This document shows, piece by piece, positions 20,088-29,633 of a DNA stretch of 64,000 nt. Location: IMG/VR virus record IMGVR_UViG_3300006925_000008, positions 33,369 through 97,368 of that record. One strand, written 5' to 3'. How positions within the stretch are numbered: position 1 is the stretch's first letter; every line of letters begins with the position of its first letter. The notes below the pieces were generated by a model. It saw only the letters and a program-made list of their open reading frames with translations. It searched no databases and had not been told where the DNA came from. The position numbers were made by a program, and so were the translations under genes. This stretch comes from a virus.

Positions 20088-20678
20088 TCAAGAATAGTAA
20101 ACTATGACTCGGATTGGCCCTGTGGAAGTATGAAATGTGTTTGCACTTAGGAATTGAAGAACAAACTTGACACTGCCACAGACTCTCCCGGTCCATGGTT
20201 GAACACTGCCGACCACTCTAGGGGTTCCGCCTGCATCAGCGACATTAGGGGCCGCTGGTGTGCTATGCCCTGACAGCCCAGTCCTAACACTCAATGCAAT
20301 ATCCATTGTAGTCCCGTTCTGTGCCGCACCTTCATTGGTTTGAAATTGATAAAAGGTTTCAGGGTTTTGTCCTGTGAAGTCAACGCCTCCAATAGGTGTG
20401 AAGAGGTTTTCTTGACTACCTGACATGGTAAAGAAGTCACCATTGACCATACTGAATTGTCCTTTAGTGGTTTCAACATCAGACTGTGTAGTAGCCAGCG
20501 ACATACCCACATCAAGTTTAATCGTATGGATTTCACCGTTGATCGGAATCTTTGCTGATTCAACCATTGGGTTTGACGCTAAATCAGCCTCATCGAATTG
20601 ATAGACTAGACGATTGACACGAGTCCTAGAAGCGTATCGCCCATCACCATCATCAATGGTGTGTTCAATAATACCCAT
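20088..20678 (-). CDS. Hypothetical structural protein
   Basis: Beta-rich; TGATG overlap with the upstream gene. Confidence 0.55.
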   Translation of the reverse strand: MGIIEHTIDDGDGRYASRTRVNRLVYQFDEADLASNPMVESAKIPINGEIHTIKLDVGMSLATTQSDVETTKGQFSMVNGDFFTMSGSQENLFTPIGGVDFTGQNPETFYQFQTNEGAAQNGTTMDIALSVRTGLSGHSTPAAPNVADAGGTPRVVGSVQPWTGRVCGSVKFVLQFLSANTFHTSTGPIRVIVYYS

Positions 20679-21145
20679 CAAGCATCAACCCCTGCATTGA
20701 ATGCAAGGGCCTTTTCAATCAAAGTGGCTTTGGTATCCTTCGTAACCGTAGGAATGCCTTTACTTCTGCACCATGACATCATTTGCGCTCTTGACATTGA
20801 TTCACTGAATTGAGGTCCTTCTTCGATTGCATCAATCATTGCTTGAGACTGTTCAGTAGTGGCAGGTGGTGTTTCAACCACTGTTTCAACTACTTCTTCG
20901 ACAACTGGGGTTTTATCCTCAACTGCGTCAAGCATTGCTTTTGATTTGTCTTCAGGTTCTGAATCCGATACTGTCCACATTGAAGCACCATTGTCGATCA
21001 TCGGGATGATGACTTCTTTGATGAATGCTTCAGGGACATCTGTTCGGGCCTCGCCACGAGCGAATCCAAACTTAAGTGGATGCAATTTGAAGTGCGTCAA
21101 TTCAGCGTAAGGCCTTGCACCTGTGTAGGTTAAGGTTAGAGTCAT
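20678..21145 (-). CDS. Protein with C-terminal HeH/SAP-like motif
   Basis: MSRAQMMSWCRSKGIP...TKATLIEK after an acidic linker. Confidence 0.5.
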   Translation of the reverse strand: MTLTLTYTGARPYAELTHFKLHPLKFGFARGEARTDVPEAFIKEVIIPMIDNGASMWTVSDSEPEDKSKAMLDAVEDKTPVVEEVVETVVETPPATTEQSQAMIDAIEEGPQFSESMSRAQMMSWCRSKGIPTVTKDTKATLIEKALAFNAGVDA

Positions 21146-21156
21146 AAAGACTCACC

Positions 21157-21546
21157 TCAAGCATACAAGAAGCAAAGTCGGTGCGTATCGCCAGCGGTTC
21201 CTGAACCGGAGGTGAAGTTGATCACAGCGTTGTTTGTTCCTGAAAGGTAAACTGCTGTTGGGACTTCAAAGCCACCGGACATGTTGTTGACTGAAAGAAT
21301 TGCTAGTCCGTGGGTCCCACTGACTCCGACAATTCCTGTTGAGGTCAAGTCGATTGCTGATGCACCTGCGGCTGTGCAGACTACATCAAGAATCATCATC
21401 TTGACTCCGCCTTCCGCTTGTGAATCTGCGGCAACACCTGTAATGCCTGCCAACCATGCGGTTGAATCATTTCGGGTTCCCATCCAAAGACCTTCGTCTA
21501 GGACTACGCTTGCTGTTGTTTCTTCGATATTTGTTACTACTGCCAT
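21157..21546 (-). CDS. Small structural protein (possible capsid decoration)
   Basis: 129 aa, beta-rich, immediately downstream of the capsid gene. Confidence 0.5.
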   Translation of the reverse strand: MAVVTNIEETTASVVLDEGLWMGTRNDSTAWLAGITGVAADSQAEGGVKMMILDVVCTAAGASAIDLTSTGIVGVSGTHGLAILSVNNMSGGFEVPTAVYLSGTNNAVINFTSGSGTAGDTHRLCFLYA

Positions 21547-21583
21547 CTAAATCATCTCTTTAATTTTCATTTCTCCGTTGAGA

Positions 21584-22753
21584 TCAAGCACTTAGGTCCC
21601 TCACCTTGCCGTGTGCGCCATAGAACAGTTGCCATAGGTTGCCCATCGTGTGGAACATTCCCATTTGACCTAGACGGTTGATACCGAATGGGTCTCCTGT
21701 CTCAATGCCTGATTCGTGATAGAGAGTTGGTTTTGCAGTGCAGAAGTAGGTGTAATCAGTATCCATGTAGTATAGACGGCTGATTCCTGCTCCTCCTTCG
21801 TTGTGAACATCCTTAGAAGGAATAAGAGGCACACCGTTGTATGTAGCAACGATAAACCCTGCCTCCATACCCGGAACACCTTTCACGCCGTTGACACCCG
21901 GAACAACTTTCTTCATTTCAGTGAAGCGTTGTTGAGGTTGTAGCAACTGTTGAATCTTCTCAAGAGTATCGTATCCAGTCATGATGACCTTTGGTTGTCC
22001 ACCACGCTCCCAAATGTTGCGGAACATGCCATCGAGGATGTTCAGTGTAAGTGGGCGTTCATCACCATTGGTTCCCGCATCAACATTTGCATCAGACCAT
22101 TCTTGCGTTGCCGCTTCAGGTCGGCTGATGTTGTATTGGTCGTGGTCGCCTGCCGATACATCGCCAAAGGTTGAAGCCTTCTCGATCTTAGCGGATGAAG
22201 TAATACGGTCAATAGAGTCAAAGTCATTCAATGTGGTGCTACGGTAGGAAATATCCTTTAGAAGCATTTTGTTGATGGTTTCAGCGTGGTGCTTGGCCAT
22301 CTCCATTTTCATGACAGCACGAGCATCACCAAGACCGTCATCCTTGTCAGCAAGGAACATTGCGGTTTCAGTGAGGTCAAAGGTGTGAGCCACTGTGCGT
22401 GGTTTGTCATTGACATGCAAGAAAGTTGGTTTGCTTGTTTCAGGCAGTGTTGCGTTTTCAGGAACGCCGCCACCCTTGCTAGAATCAGGCTTGCCAGTGA
22501 CGACTCGCCATCCACTCTTTTCCCATGGTTTCTTTGGCATGATTGAAAATGCGTTAAACTCTTGGTTCAACTGTGACCAAACCTTACGGCCAAAAATAGC
22601 CTGATAGGTTCCGCTTGTAGTGGACATCAATGGAGAGTCAGCCTTCAATAGGTCTGTTCCGCTGTATGCCCATGCGTTGTTTCCTGCTCCTGCACCGTAA
22701 TACAGTCGCTCCATGTCTTCAATTGTTCGTAGGTATCCTCGTGATCCGCTCAT
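21584..22753 (-). CDS. Major capsid protein (HK97 fold)
   Basis: 389 aa directly after the protease; GGVPENATLPET, PKVIMTG and YNGVPLIPS segments; N-terminal pro-region ending DLLK37-A38. Confidence 0.9.
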   Translation of the reverse strand: MSGSRGYLRTIEDMERLYYGAGAGNNAWAYSGTDLLKADSPLMSTTSGTYQAIFGRKVWSQLNQEFNAFSIMPKKPWEKSGWRVVTGKPDSSKGGGVPENATLPETSKPTFLHVNDKPRTVAHTFDLTETAMFLADKDDGLGDARAVMKMEMAKHHAETINKMLLKDISYRSTTLNDFDSIDRITSSAKIEKASTFGDVSAGDHDQYNISRPEAATQEWSDANVDAGTNGDERPLTLNILDGMFRNIWERGGQPKVIMTGYDTLEKIQQLLQPQQRFTEMKKVVPGVNGVKGVPGMEAGFIVATYNGVPLIPSKDVHNEGGAGISRLYYMDTDYTYFCTAKPTLYHESGIETGDPFGINRLGQMGMFHTMGNLWQLFYGAHGKVRDLSA

Positions 22754-22793
22754 TTCTTTTCATCTCCTTTTTTCAAGTTGTATTTTGAAAGGA

Positions 22794-24122
22794 TTATTCT
22801 CCTCTCAAGGCCCTCCGTGCCAAGTCTTCAGCCGCAAGCCATCCATCGACACCATTGCCCATTGCGTTAAACTCGTCATGGGTTGGCACACGAACAGATG
22901 TTGTTGCAGGTTCAGCAACGACGGACTTCTGCAAGTCAGTGTTTTCTTGCTTCAATGAGGCAATCTCATTTCGCAGGGAGTTGATTTGTCCACCAAAGTC
23001 ATTTTGCTTTTGGATGGCCAATGCATTTTCCGTTTCAGCATTGTAACGGTCTTTCCACTCTTTTTCAACAAGGGATTTGACTGCTTCTTCATCACGAATG
23101 GATGCGTAAGCGTGGTATCCTCGTTCAAGGGATTGAGGTGAAAGGTTCAAGCCGCCTTTGATAACCTGCTTGTTACCTGAAGGTGCATTCATCTTCATCG
23201 AGCCAGTTTGCTTGATGACATTCTGATTGCCGCTTGCTGATGGCAAACTTGGGTAAGATGGTTCAGAAGCGGATTCTCCACTTCCTTCAGCATCTCCTTG
23301 ACCACGGTGACTGTATCCGCCACTGCCTTCTTGGAGGTAAGCCTTCTCAAGACCGAAGTGGTTACGGAGGGAATCAAGGTTGACTCCACTCTCGTGAGCA
23401 AACTTCTCAAGCGTATCGATGTATGCAATTGCACTACTATCGGCATGTTGATCAGTCTTAACAACTGGTTCATTTGCTGGTTCTTCGTCTTCAATGTGCT
23501 TTAACACACGGCTTAGGCTGTCTCGTATTTCGCTCAATGCTTCATTACTCATTTCTTGTTCACTTCCTGTATTGTCCATTTTAAGGATTGTATATCGGGC
23601 TTCCGGGTTGATGCCCTTTTTGCACAAGGTAATCTCGTGCAATTCTAAATCGGTAATCTCCCTGTGTGTCCCATGTTCAGGGGTGGTTTTGGTTACACGG
23701 AATAACGCTTGACCACCGATAGAGAATGCTTTGAGGTCGCCACTGCGAACCTGCTTTTGGACTTCACGAGCCTTTTGGATGTCGTCACGGACACGGCATA
23801 CGACAAAGAGTCCATGCTCGTCCACTTCTGATTTCCAAACTCGTCCTTCCGAATCTGTATAATTGTCAACTACTTCACCGACTTGAATGCCGCTATGTGC
23901 TAGTTGAACATTTCTGAATGCCTTGTTACCCATAAACTTCGTGAATGCCTTTGACAATGCAGATGCTGGGATTCGATCACCCTGCTTGTCAACCATGTCC
24001 ACACTTGCATATCCCGCAATGTATAGGTCACTACCTTCTGACGCTTTCAGAATAAAATCGCTTCCAACAGCCGAGAACCCTGCGGTTCTGACAGTAGGAT
24101 TAGCCATTATACTGGTCGCCAT
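22794..24122 (-). CDS. Prohead (HK97-type) maturation protease fused to scaffold-like coiled coil
   Basis: IAGYASVDMVDKQGD, LAHS (His), AFSIGG (Ser), LHEITL...GINP; C-terminal coiled coil. Confidence 0.9.
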   Translation of the reverse strand: MATSIMANPTVRTAGFSAVGSDFILKASEGSDLYIAGYASVDMVDKQGDRIPASALSKAFTKFMGNKAFRNVQLAHSGIQVGEVVDNYTDSEGRVWKSEVDEHGLFVVCRVRDDIQKAREVQKQVRSGDLKAFSIGGQALFRVTKTTPEHGTHREITDLELHEITLCKKGINPEARYTILKMDNTGSEQEMSNEALSEIRDSLSRVLKHIEDEEPANEPVVKTDQHADSSAIAYIDTLEKFAHESGVNLDSLRNHFGLEKAYLQEGSGGYSHRGQGDAEGSGESASEPSYPSLPSASGNQNVIKQTGSMKMNAPSGNKQVIKGGLNLSPQSLERGYHAYASIRDEEAVKSLVEKEWKDRYNAETENALAIQKQNDFGGQINSLRNEIASLKQENTDLQKSVVAEPATTSVRVPTHDEFNAMGNGVDGWLAAEDLARRALRGE

Positions 24123-24124
24123 GA

Positions 24125-24150
24125 AATCCGAGAATCATGTCTTTCTATAT
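24125..24150 (-). promoter_or_regulatory. Putative late promoter ATATAGAAAGACAT-N6-CGGATT
   Basis: TATA-like element about 25 nt upstream of the protease ATG; motif shared with 20046-20072. Confidence 0.55.
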
Positions 24151-24204
24151 GAAGGGTGTGCATTATCAGTTGATCTAATATATTGAATGTGTATGGGTCT
24201 AAAT

Positions 24205-24417
24205 ATGTCAGACGAGGAACATGAATGCAGTATATGTGGTGGGGAGTTTAATGGTGAAAATGGACGACTGGCGTTCATTGGGGGTGTTTTAATCAAAATA
24301 GGACCGTGGTGCATATCTCCTATCATGGAGATGTTCAAAGACCAAATTATTGGGGATTTCATAGAAGACCTCCCCGATGCACTTAGAATAGAGATTGAAA
24401 AACACTCAAGCGAGTAA
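24205..24417 (+). CDS. Small zinc-finger-like protein on the opposite strand
   Basis: MSDEEHECSICGG...WCISP; fills the gap between the protease and the upstream gene. Confidence 0.55.
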   Translation: MSDEEHECSICGGEFNGENGRLAFIGGVLIKIGPWCISPIMEMFKDQIIGDFIEDLPDALRIEIEKHSSE

Positions 24418-27400
24418 TTCATCTTCTTCAAGTTGGTCAGTGGCTTCAACCTTAGTCCTTACTTCTTCTTCAGTTGCCTGTGCTTGAGGAGTCCTCAATG
24501 GATAGGAGAGTTTGGCCCGACCCATTTCAATATCAATACTAGCGGGTCCGTCTTTCTGTGGGTCCATACTAATTTGCAGGTGGTATGGCTGTTCCACCTC
24601 CTCCTCCGGTTCTTCATCATTCAAATTAGACAAAGCACCTATTGTTGTAGCATCATCGTCGGTCAACTCCGTTGGACCTCTTGGTGCGGTAATATCTGCT
24701 TGCATTCCTGACCATGCGCCGCCATCAGGCGAAGCACCATTCATACGAGGATATACGAAGTTTTCAATGATGTCATCATCAATTGCCTCATTTACGGTCC
24801 ACTTATCTCCCTCCTCGGTTCTTTCAACACCGTATTCAGGGCCAAAAACCTCAATCATTTTAGGGGTCAACCCCTTGACAGCAGTGCATAACTCATCTGA
24901 AGTCATTGCTTCTTCAGCATCAGACAACGCCCTGCGTGCGTGAACCATCATGTGAGACTTTTCTTCACGATCACCGCTGTCATCAAGTAATTCAGGCGCA
25001 CGGAGAATCAAATCGTCTTCTGTATTGACACGCTTACGAGGTTTCTTTCTTTTAGAAGGGGCTGAATGTATTGCGGAATGTGTCCCGCCTGTTGTTGACG
25101 ACACCGTGCCAGCACCACCAGCACCAGCACCAGCACCAGCACCACCGCCGCCAGCCGCACCTTCTTTCAATAAGGCAATAGCAACTGGACCCCATAGTTT
25201 CAGTTGAGTCCTCGCATGTTTCACTAGCGTGGTGGTTCCCCTATACAGGTCGATGTCCATAGCATGTCTGCCATTGAATTGACCTTTAACGATAACTGGC
25301 TCTAATAACCCCGGATACTCCAAAATGATGTCCTGTCCTTTCACCATTACTTCAGGCAGTGGTCCATATGGGACTGTCTTAGCAATTTCTTCATCAGCAA
25401 AGTGAACCCATTTAGGGTGCATCTCTTTACCTTTGATAAAAGTCGAGGTGGCATCCCTAATCAACAAACCAGTGCCGCCCAATTCGTCCACTGCCTTTGC
25501 TAAACCATGCTCATCAGTAGTGATACATGAGTTTGGCATTGGGAAGTGAAGGTATTCATCTGAATGATAAAGTGTTCTTAGAGCGTTCAATCTGTCTTCT
25601 AAAGGCTCCATGTGAAGGTCTGTTCCTTTATGGACTAGGAGGTCAACCACATTCAGTTTGTCTCCTTTCACATATGCATCAACCGTAAAGTCACCTTTAC
25701 GCTCTTTCAATGCTTTTTTGACCTTTGATGGCAAGTCGATTGGGTCAACTCTTTTACCCTCTTTCTTAACAAGCATTCTCTTACCTTCAGGCATTTTCTG
25801 AACAACCCACTCACCACTAAATCCTTTGATAGTGGATAGGTCATCTAAATCGTAAACCGTGTGGGCTGGCTTGATCATCGTTTCAAACACACCAGTCGGC
25901 TCATAGTCATCCGCTTTTCGCAATGAACCTGTTTGAAGAGGTGCATACCCGCTTTGGTCAACTGAAGAGATTGCATTGATGTCCTTTGTTTTAGGCGATA
26001 ACTTTGACATTGGACCCATGAGAGCAGGGGATATTGCCCTCACTAAATCAGCATGAGCCGTTCTTTGGAGTATGTTGAAAGGGGCATCAGCAATGTTGTA
26101 TGCGTATCCCTGTTGTTCCGGGTCATAACGCCATGTTAAGGTGGCGGGCATGTCATGCCCCCAAGCGTCAGTATCGCCACTCACATAAGTTGGGGGAACG
26201 ATAGCATGGGAATCAGGGGAGACTGGCCCCACTGAACCCATAGTCGAAGACATTTCCGCATTCGGTGCTAGAGTTTTGTAGGACTCGCCCATTTGCATAC
26301 GAAGTAATGAATGGTTTGCCGCCGCCGCTATTTGTTGAAGGTTGCCTCGACAAATAGTATGCATCATCTCATCATCAGAACCCATTGGATTCAAAACTTG
26401 AGGACCAAATTGAGCAATCACCTTTTGAGCATGTTGTTGCATAACACGAGACATATGACTGTTTGAGGCCCTAAAGTGTTCGTTATGGTGACTCCAATAG
26501 TCATCAGTCGAAAACGGATGCTCCTCTCGCCCATAGCCGGTTCTAGGTCCCCCCATGTCGGTTTGAGCGGCTAATGCACGCCCTAGACTGGACATCATCA
26601 AAGCGTCATCGGGGACATCAATACGACCACCGCTCAATTCTGAAGGGTGTTCATGTAACCTGTTTGATGCCGCTGAATACATTGCGAGCCTCTTTTGATA
26701 ATCATTGTCAGGGTCGAAGGTTGAACCCAATGCGGCCCTGCCGGGGTGGTCCGGCTCCATTTGATTAACAGCACTAGGAAAATGAGTCCCACCTTGATTA
26801 AACGAGCCAGCCTCTTCTAAGTCATGGTTGATCAGATGTTTATTCATCCAACCCCCATTGAATATATCAGGGTAAGACTGACTTAATATGCTATCCAATG
26901 AATCTATACTCCTGCCAACTCCCCCCCAATACTGGTATGGTTCCCAATGATGGTAATTCATTGAAGGCTCGATACCTGACTCACTTGATACCCAAGGAGA
27001 CATGTAATGCTGTAAGTCTCCCCCCGGATGTGGTTCTGTTGGCCCGTGTCTATCAGGGGACCTTTGCCACCAAGACGACATTGGCTTGAATCGTTCTCTC
27101 CAATTTCTCAATGCACGCCCCCAAGAGATGCCTGCCTTTTCTTGAAATTGATTCTCTATTCGTTTTGCATCAGGCGAACCCTCTTCGGTCATTGCCATTT
27201 GTCCCATAAGGTCCATGAAATTACTACGCTGTCCTTCAGTAATCCATTCTAAACCAAACAACTGTGGCAACATGCCAAACGAGGTGGACAACTCCTGTCG
27301 CTTATTGTCGTGATATTCCTCATCGCTAAGGAATGAATTACGATTCCGATCACGAGTATAAAGGTCATGTTGGCTCTCAATAGGCAGGCCTAGATAATTG

Positions 27401-27891
27401 ACAACTGACATCTCACTGGTTGGGACCTTTGCTTTAGCCTTTTCATTTTCAGCCATGATTGGCAGTTGCTCAATAGAACGCATGATGTGATGAACATATT
27501 CAGGGTCTCCATGTGCCGCACCATGCAATAGAGGGTGGCTATTTGATTTCATGCCAAAGGGATGGTGTTCACCAAATGGGTTATCCTCCTTCGCCTGTGG
27601 CCAGTCTTGAGTATAATCGGTTGTAACCTTTGCATGACCTGAAAGGTAATTCTTGAGGTTTTCAGGGATTACCATGCTAGTGGCCGAGACTGGGCTATTC
27701 AAATCACGCATCGAATATGCCGGTGTCGATTCAGCCACGGCTAATGTCGAAGCCAAAGCCTCATCTTCAGGCGTGGGCATACCCCCCTGCATTGCTTCGG
27801 TATAGGAGGGAATGTCAACATCCTTCAACAAAAGTATTGACAGGACGGTATCGGTTCTTTTGAGAATCAACTCTTCCTGTTCTTTAGACAT
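24406..27891 (-). CDS. Large head-module protein with a degenerate ATP-dependent DNA ligase-like domain
   Basis: WVVQKMPEGKRMLV (motif I-like), FTVDAYV, VVDLL..GTDL..EPLEDRLNAL, GLLIRDATSTF.KG...KW. Confidence 0.65.
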   Translation of the reverse strand: MSKEQEELILKRTDTVLSILLLKDVDIPSYTEAMQGGMPTPEDEALASTLAVAESTPAYSMRDLNSPVSATSMVIPENLKNYLSGHAKVTTDYTQDWPQAKEDNPFGEHHPFGMKSNSHPLLHGAAHGDPEYVHHIMRSIEQLPIMAENEKAKAKVPTSEMSVVNYLGLPIESQHDLYTRDRNRNSFLSDEEYHDNKRQELSTSFGMLPQLFGLEWITEGQRSNFMDLMGQMAMTEEGSPDAKRIENQFQEKAGISWGRALRNWRERFKPMSSWWQRSPDRHGPTEPHPGGDLQHYMSPWVSSESGIEPSMNYHHWEPYQYWGGVGRSIDSLDSILSQSYPDIFNGGWMNKHLINHDLEEAGSFNQGGTHFPSAVNQMEPDHPGRAALGSTFDPDNDYQKRLAMYSAASNRLHEHPSELSGGRIDVPDDALMMSSLGRALAAQTDMGGPRTGYGREEHPFSTDDYWSHHNEHFRASNSHMSRVMQQHAQKVIAQFGPQVLNPMGSDDEMMHTICRGNLQQIAAAANHSLLRMQMGESYKTLAPNAEMSSTMGSVGPVSPDSHAIVPPTYVSGDTDAWGHDMPATLTWRYDPEQQGYAYNIADAPFNILQRTAHADLVRAISPALMGPMSKLSPKTKDINAISSVDQSGYAPLQTGSLRKADDYEPTGVFETMIKPAHTVYDLDDLSTIKGFSGEWVVQKMPEGKRMLVKKEGKRVDPIDLPSKVKKALKERKGDFTVDAYVKGDKLNVVDLLVHKGTDLHMEPLEDRLNALRTLYHSDEYLHFPMPNSCITTDEHGLAKAVDELGGTGLLIRDATSTFIKGKEMHPKWVHFADEEIAKTVPYGPLPEVMVKGQDIILEYPGLLEPVIVKGQFNGRHAMDIDLYRGTTTLVKHARTQLKLWGPVAIALLKEGAAGGGGAGAGAGAGGAGTVSSTTGGTHSAIHSAPSKRKKPRKRVNTEDDLILRAPELLDDSGDREEKSHMMVHARRALSDAEEAMTSDELCTAVKGLTPKMIEVFGPEYGVERTEEGDKWTVNEAIDDDIIENFVYPRMNGASPDGGAWSGMQADITAPRGPTELTDDDATTIGALSNLNDEEPEEEVEQPYHLQISMDPQKDGPASIDIEMGRAKLSYPLRTPQAQATEEEVRTKVEATDQLEEDELLA

Positions 27892-27905
27892 TCAAAAACC
27901 CCCTT

Positions 27906-28361
27906 TCACAGGCGGTTCTCAATTTGTTTGAGCAATGCCTCTATTTCATTGATGACTTGAATATCTCCGGCATCAGCGTTTTTCTTGATCATTGTCAACT
28001 TAGACATTTTATCCTCAACAGAATCTCGATACATCCCTTTGGTGGTTCCGCCATCATTCATGTGCATGTGCAATGATGAGCCTTTTACATCGTATCCGGT
28101 TTGATATGATGCGGGCATTGAATATACCTCGCTAATTGGTTTTGATGCCGGTGCTGAATCTGAAAAATGTGGGTAAACTTGGTTGGTTGTATAACCCGCC
28201 GCCGCTTGAACGGGAACGCCACCAGCGTGGTCCATAAAAGTAGGAACAGCATTATCGCCGGTTGGGTCCTGCTGATATTTCAAAAGGTCTAACTCCATGG
28301 TTAGGATGTCTTTCAATAAACTGCCTTCGGGGGTATTGGAGGGGTCGTGCCATTCAATCAT
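27906..28361 (-). CDS. Hypothetical head-region protein
   Basis: ATGA overlap at 28358-28361; contains LLK motifs. Confidence 0.6.
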   Translation of the reverse strand: MIEWHDPSNTPEGSLLKDILTMELDLLKYQQDPTGDNAVPTFMDHAGGVPVQAAAGYTTNQVYPHFSDSAPASKPISEVYSMPASYQTGYDVKGSSLHMHMNDGGTTKGMYRDSVEDKMSKLTMIKKNADAGDIQVINEIEALLKQIENRL

Positions 28362-28696
28362 TGTCGCATCACCGTCTGTTCTGCTTGCTTCCACTCTTCT
28401 AATTCATCGTGTCTCGATTGCTTTTGAAAAGTGTCCCCAGTCCCATTAAATGGTCCTGAAAAGGATTGAGAATTGTCAGATACATCCCTTTGTAGGGGGT
28501 CGTAGGCCTCATCAGCCATTGGAGTTATTACTTTCAACCACCCTGCTTTCTTCATCATGGTTTCAGGGTCATCGAGAGATTTGGTTAGCATGGTGTTCTG
28601 TGTTTCTAATGAGACCACACGCTGGCGCAATTCCTTGATTTCAGTGACCATCTCTTTCATCAGGTCGATCTTGGCTTGCTCCTGTTCGTCACTCAT
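28358..28696 (-). CDS. Small coiled-coil protein
   Basis: Heptad pattern EMVTEIKELRQRVVSLETQN followed by LTKS. Confidence 0.6.
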   Translation of the reverse strand: MSDEQEQAKIDLMKEMVTEIKELRQRVVSLETQNTMLTKSLDDPETMMKKAGWLKVITPMADEAYDPLQRDVSDNSQSFSGPFNGTGDTFQKQSRHDELEEWKQAEQTVMRQ

Positions 28697-28702
28697 TTCA
28701 AA

Positions 28703-29224
28703 TCACATCGCTTGAGAGGGGTTCATAGTTGCCGCATCTTGTGGTGGCATTGGTTGAGGCATATTCATTGGGTCTTGTTGCATTGATGCCGCCGCCATTG
28801 GGTCATTTACAGGTGGTCCGTGTTGACCTAGTGATGCGTGCATCTCCTTTATCATGGCTAAATCCTGCAATAGGCTCAATTGCTTTTGCCTCATTTTTTC
28901 AACATCACCCTGCATTGCTAAAGTGGGTTCAGGGGCAATGCCTGTTGCTCGACTTTGTGAAAGTAATTGTCCAACACTAGCAAACATGTCAGCGAGGCCT
29001 TGAATGCCCGAATCCATTTCATCAAGCATACTTCCTATTGCCGATTTAGGAGGTGCGGGTGGCATACCCATTCCCGGCATACCCGCTTCCATTCCCGGCA
29101 TTTGACCGGCTGGTGAAGGCATTGGAGGCATCATAGCCTGCTTGATGATCAAGCCGTTGTATGCTTCGCCTTCATGACGGAATCTAGGAGATACCGCTTT
29201 ACTGTTGCCTTCATCCCAATACAT
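28703..29224 (-). CDS. Met/Pro/Gln-rich coiled-coil protein
   Basis: ORF in operon; low-complexity composition; LIIKQ motif. Confidence 0.6.
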   Translation of the reverse strand: MYWDEGNSKAVSPRFRHEGEAYNGLIIKQAMMPPMPSPAGQMPGMEAGMPGMGMPPAPPKSAIGSMLDEMDSGIQGLADMFASVGQLLSQSRATGIAPEPTLAMQGDVEKMRQKQLSLLQDLAMIKEMHASLGQHGPPVNDPMAAASMQQDPMNMPQPMPPQDAATMNPSQAM

Positions 29225-29234
29225 TCTAAACGCC

Positions 29235-29600
29235 TCAAAATACTCGGTGTGGTCGCATTATTGTTGTTGAGCGGCCTTTGCGTGAAACACCAGTCACTTG
29301 TTGGTCTTGGGTTCCATCGTAATCTGAATCTGTTGCTTTGAATTGGTATAGATTGCCAGCCGACTTTTGAAGTTGGCTAGAATCTGTTGCCGAGGTAAAG
29401 GATTTGGCGAGTCGGTCATGTAGGTCGAGGTCAGATTTCAATTGCGAAAGTGCGTTTTGAGCCGCCTCTAAATGCTTGGCAATATCATCACGATTGTTGT
29501 GCTGTATTGCTGTTTGCATTGCTTCTAGTTGCGCTTGCGCTCGACGGGCCATAGGGTCCATCTTCGTAATAATTCCAAAATCTCCAATCGTTTCGCTCAT
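29235..29600 (-). CDS. Small helical head-region protein
   Basis: Follows the portal; IITKM, LAKS and LQKS motifs. Confidence 0.6.
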   Translation of the reverse strand: MSETIGDFGIITKMDPMARRAQAQLEAMQTAIQHNNRDDIAKHLEAAQNALSQLKSDLDLHDRLAKSFTSATDSSQLQKSAGNLYQFKATDSDYDGTQDQQVTGVSRKGRSTTIMRPHRVF

Positions 29601-29633
29601 CTCGACCACTCCATCCCATGCATAGGTTGCGTA

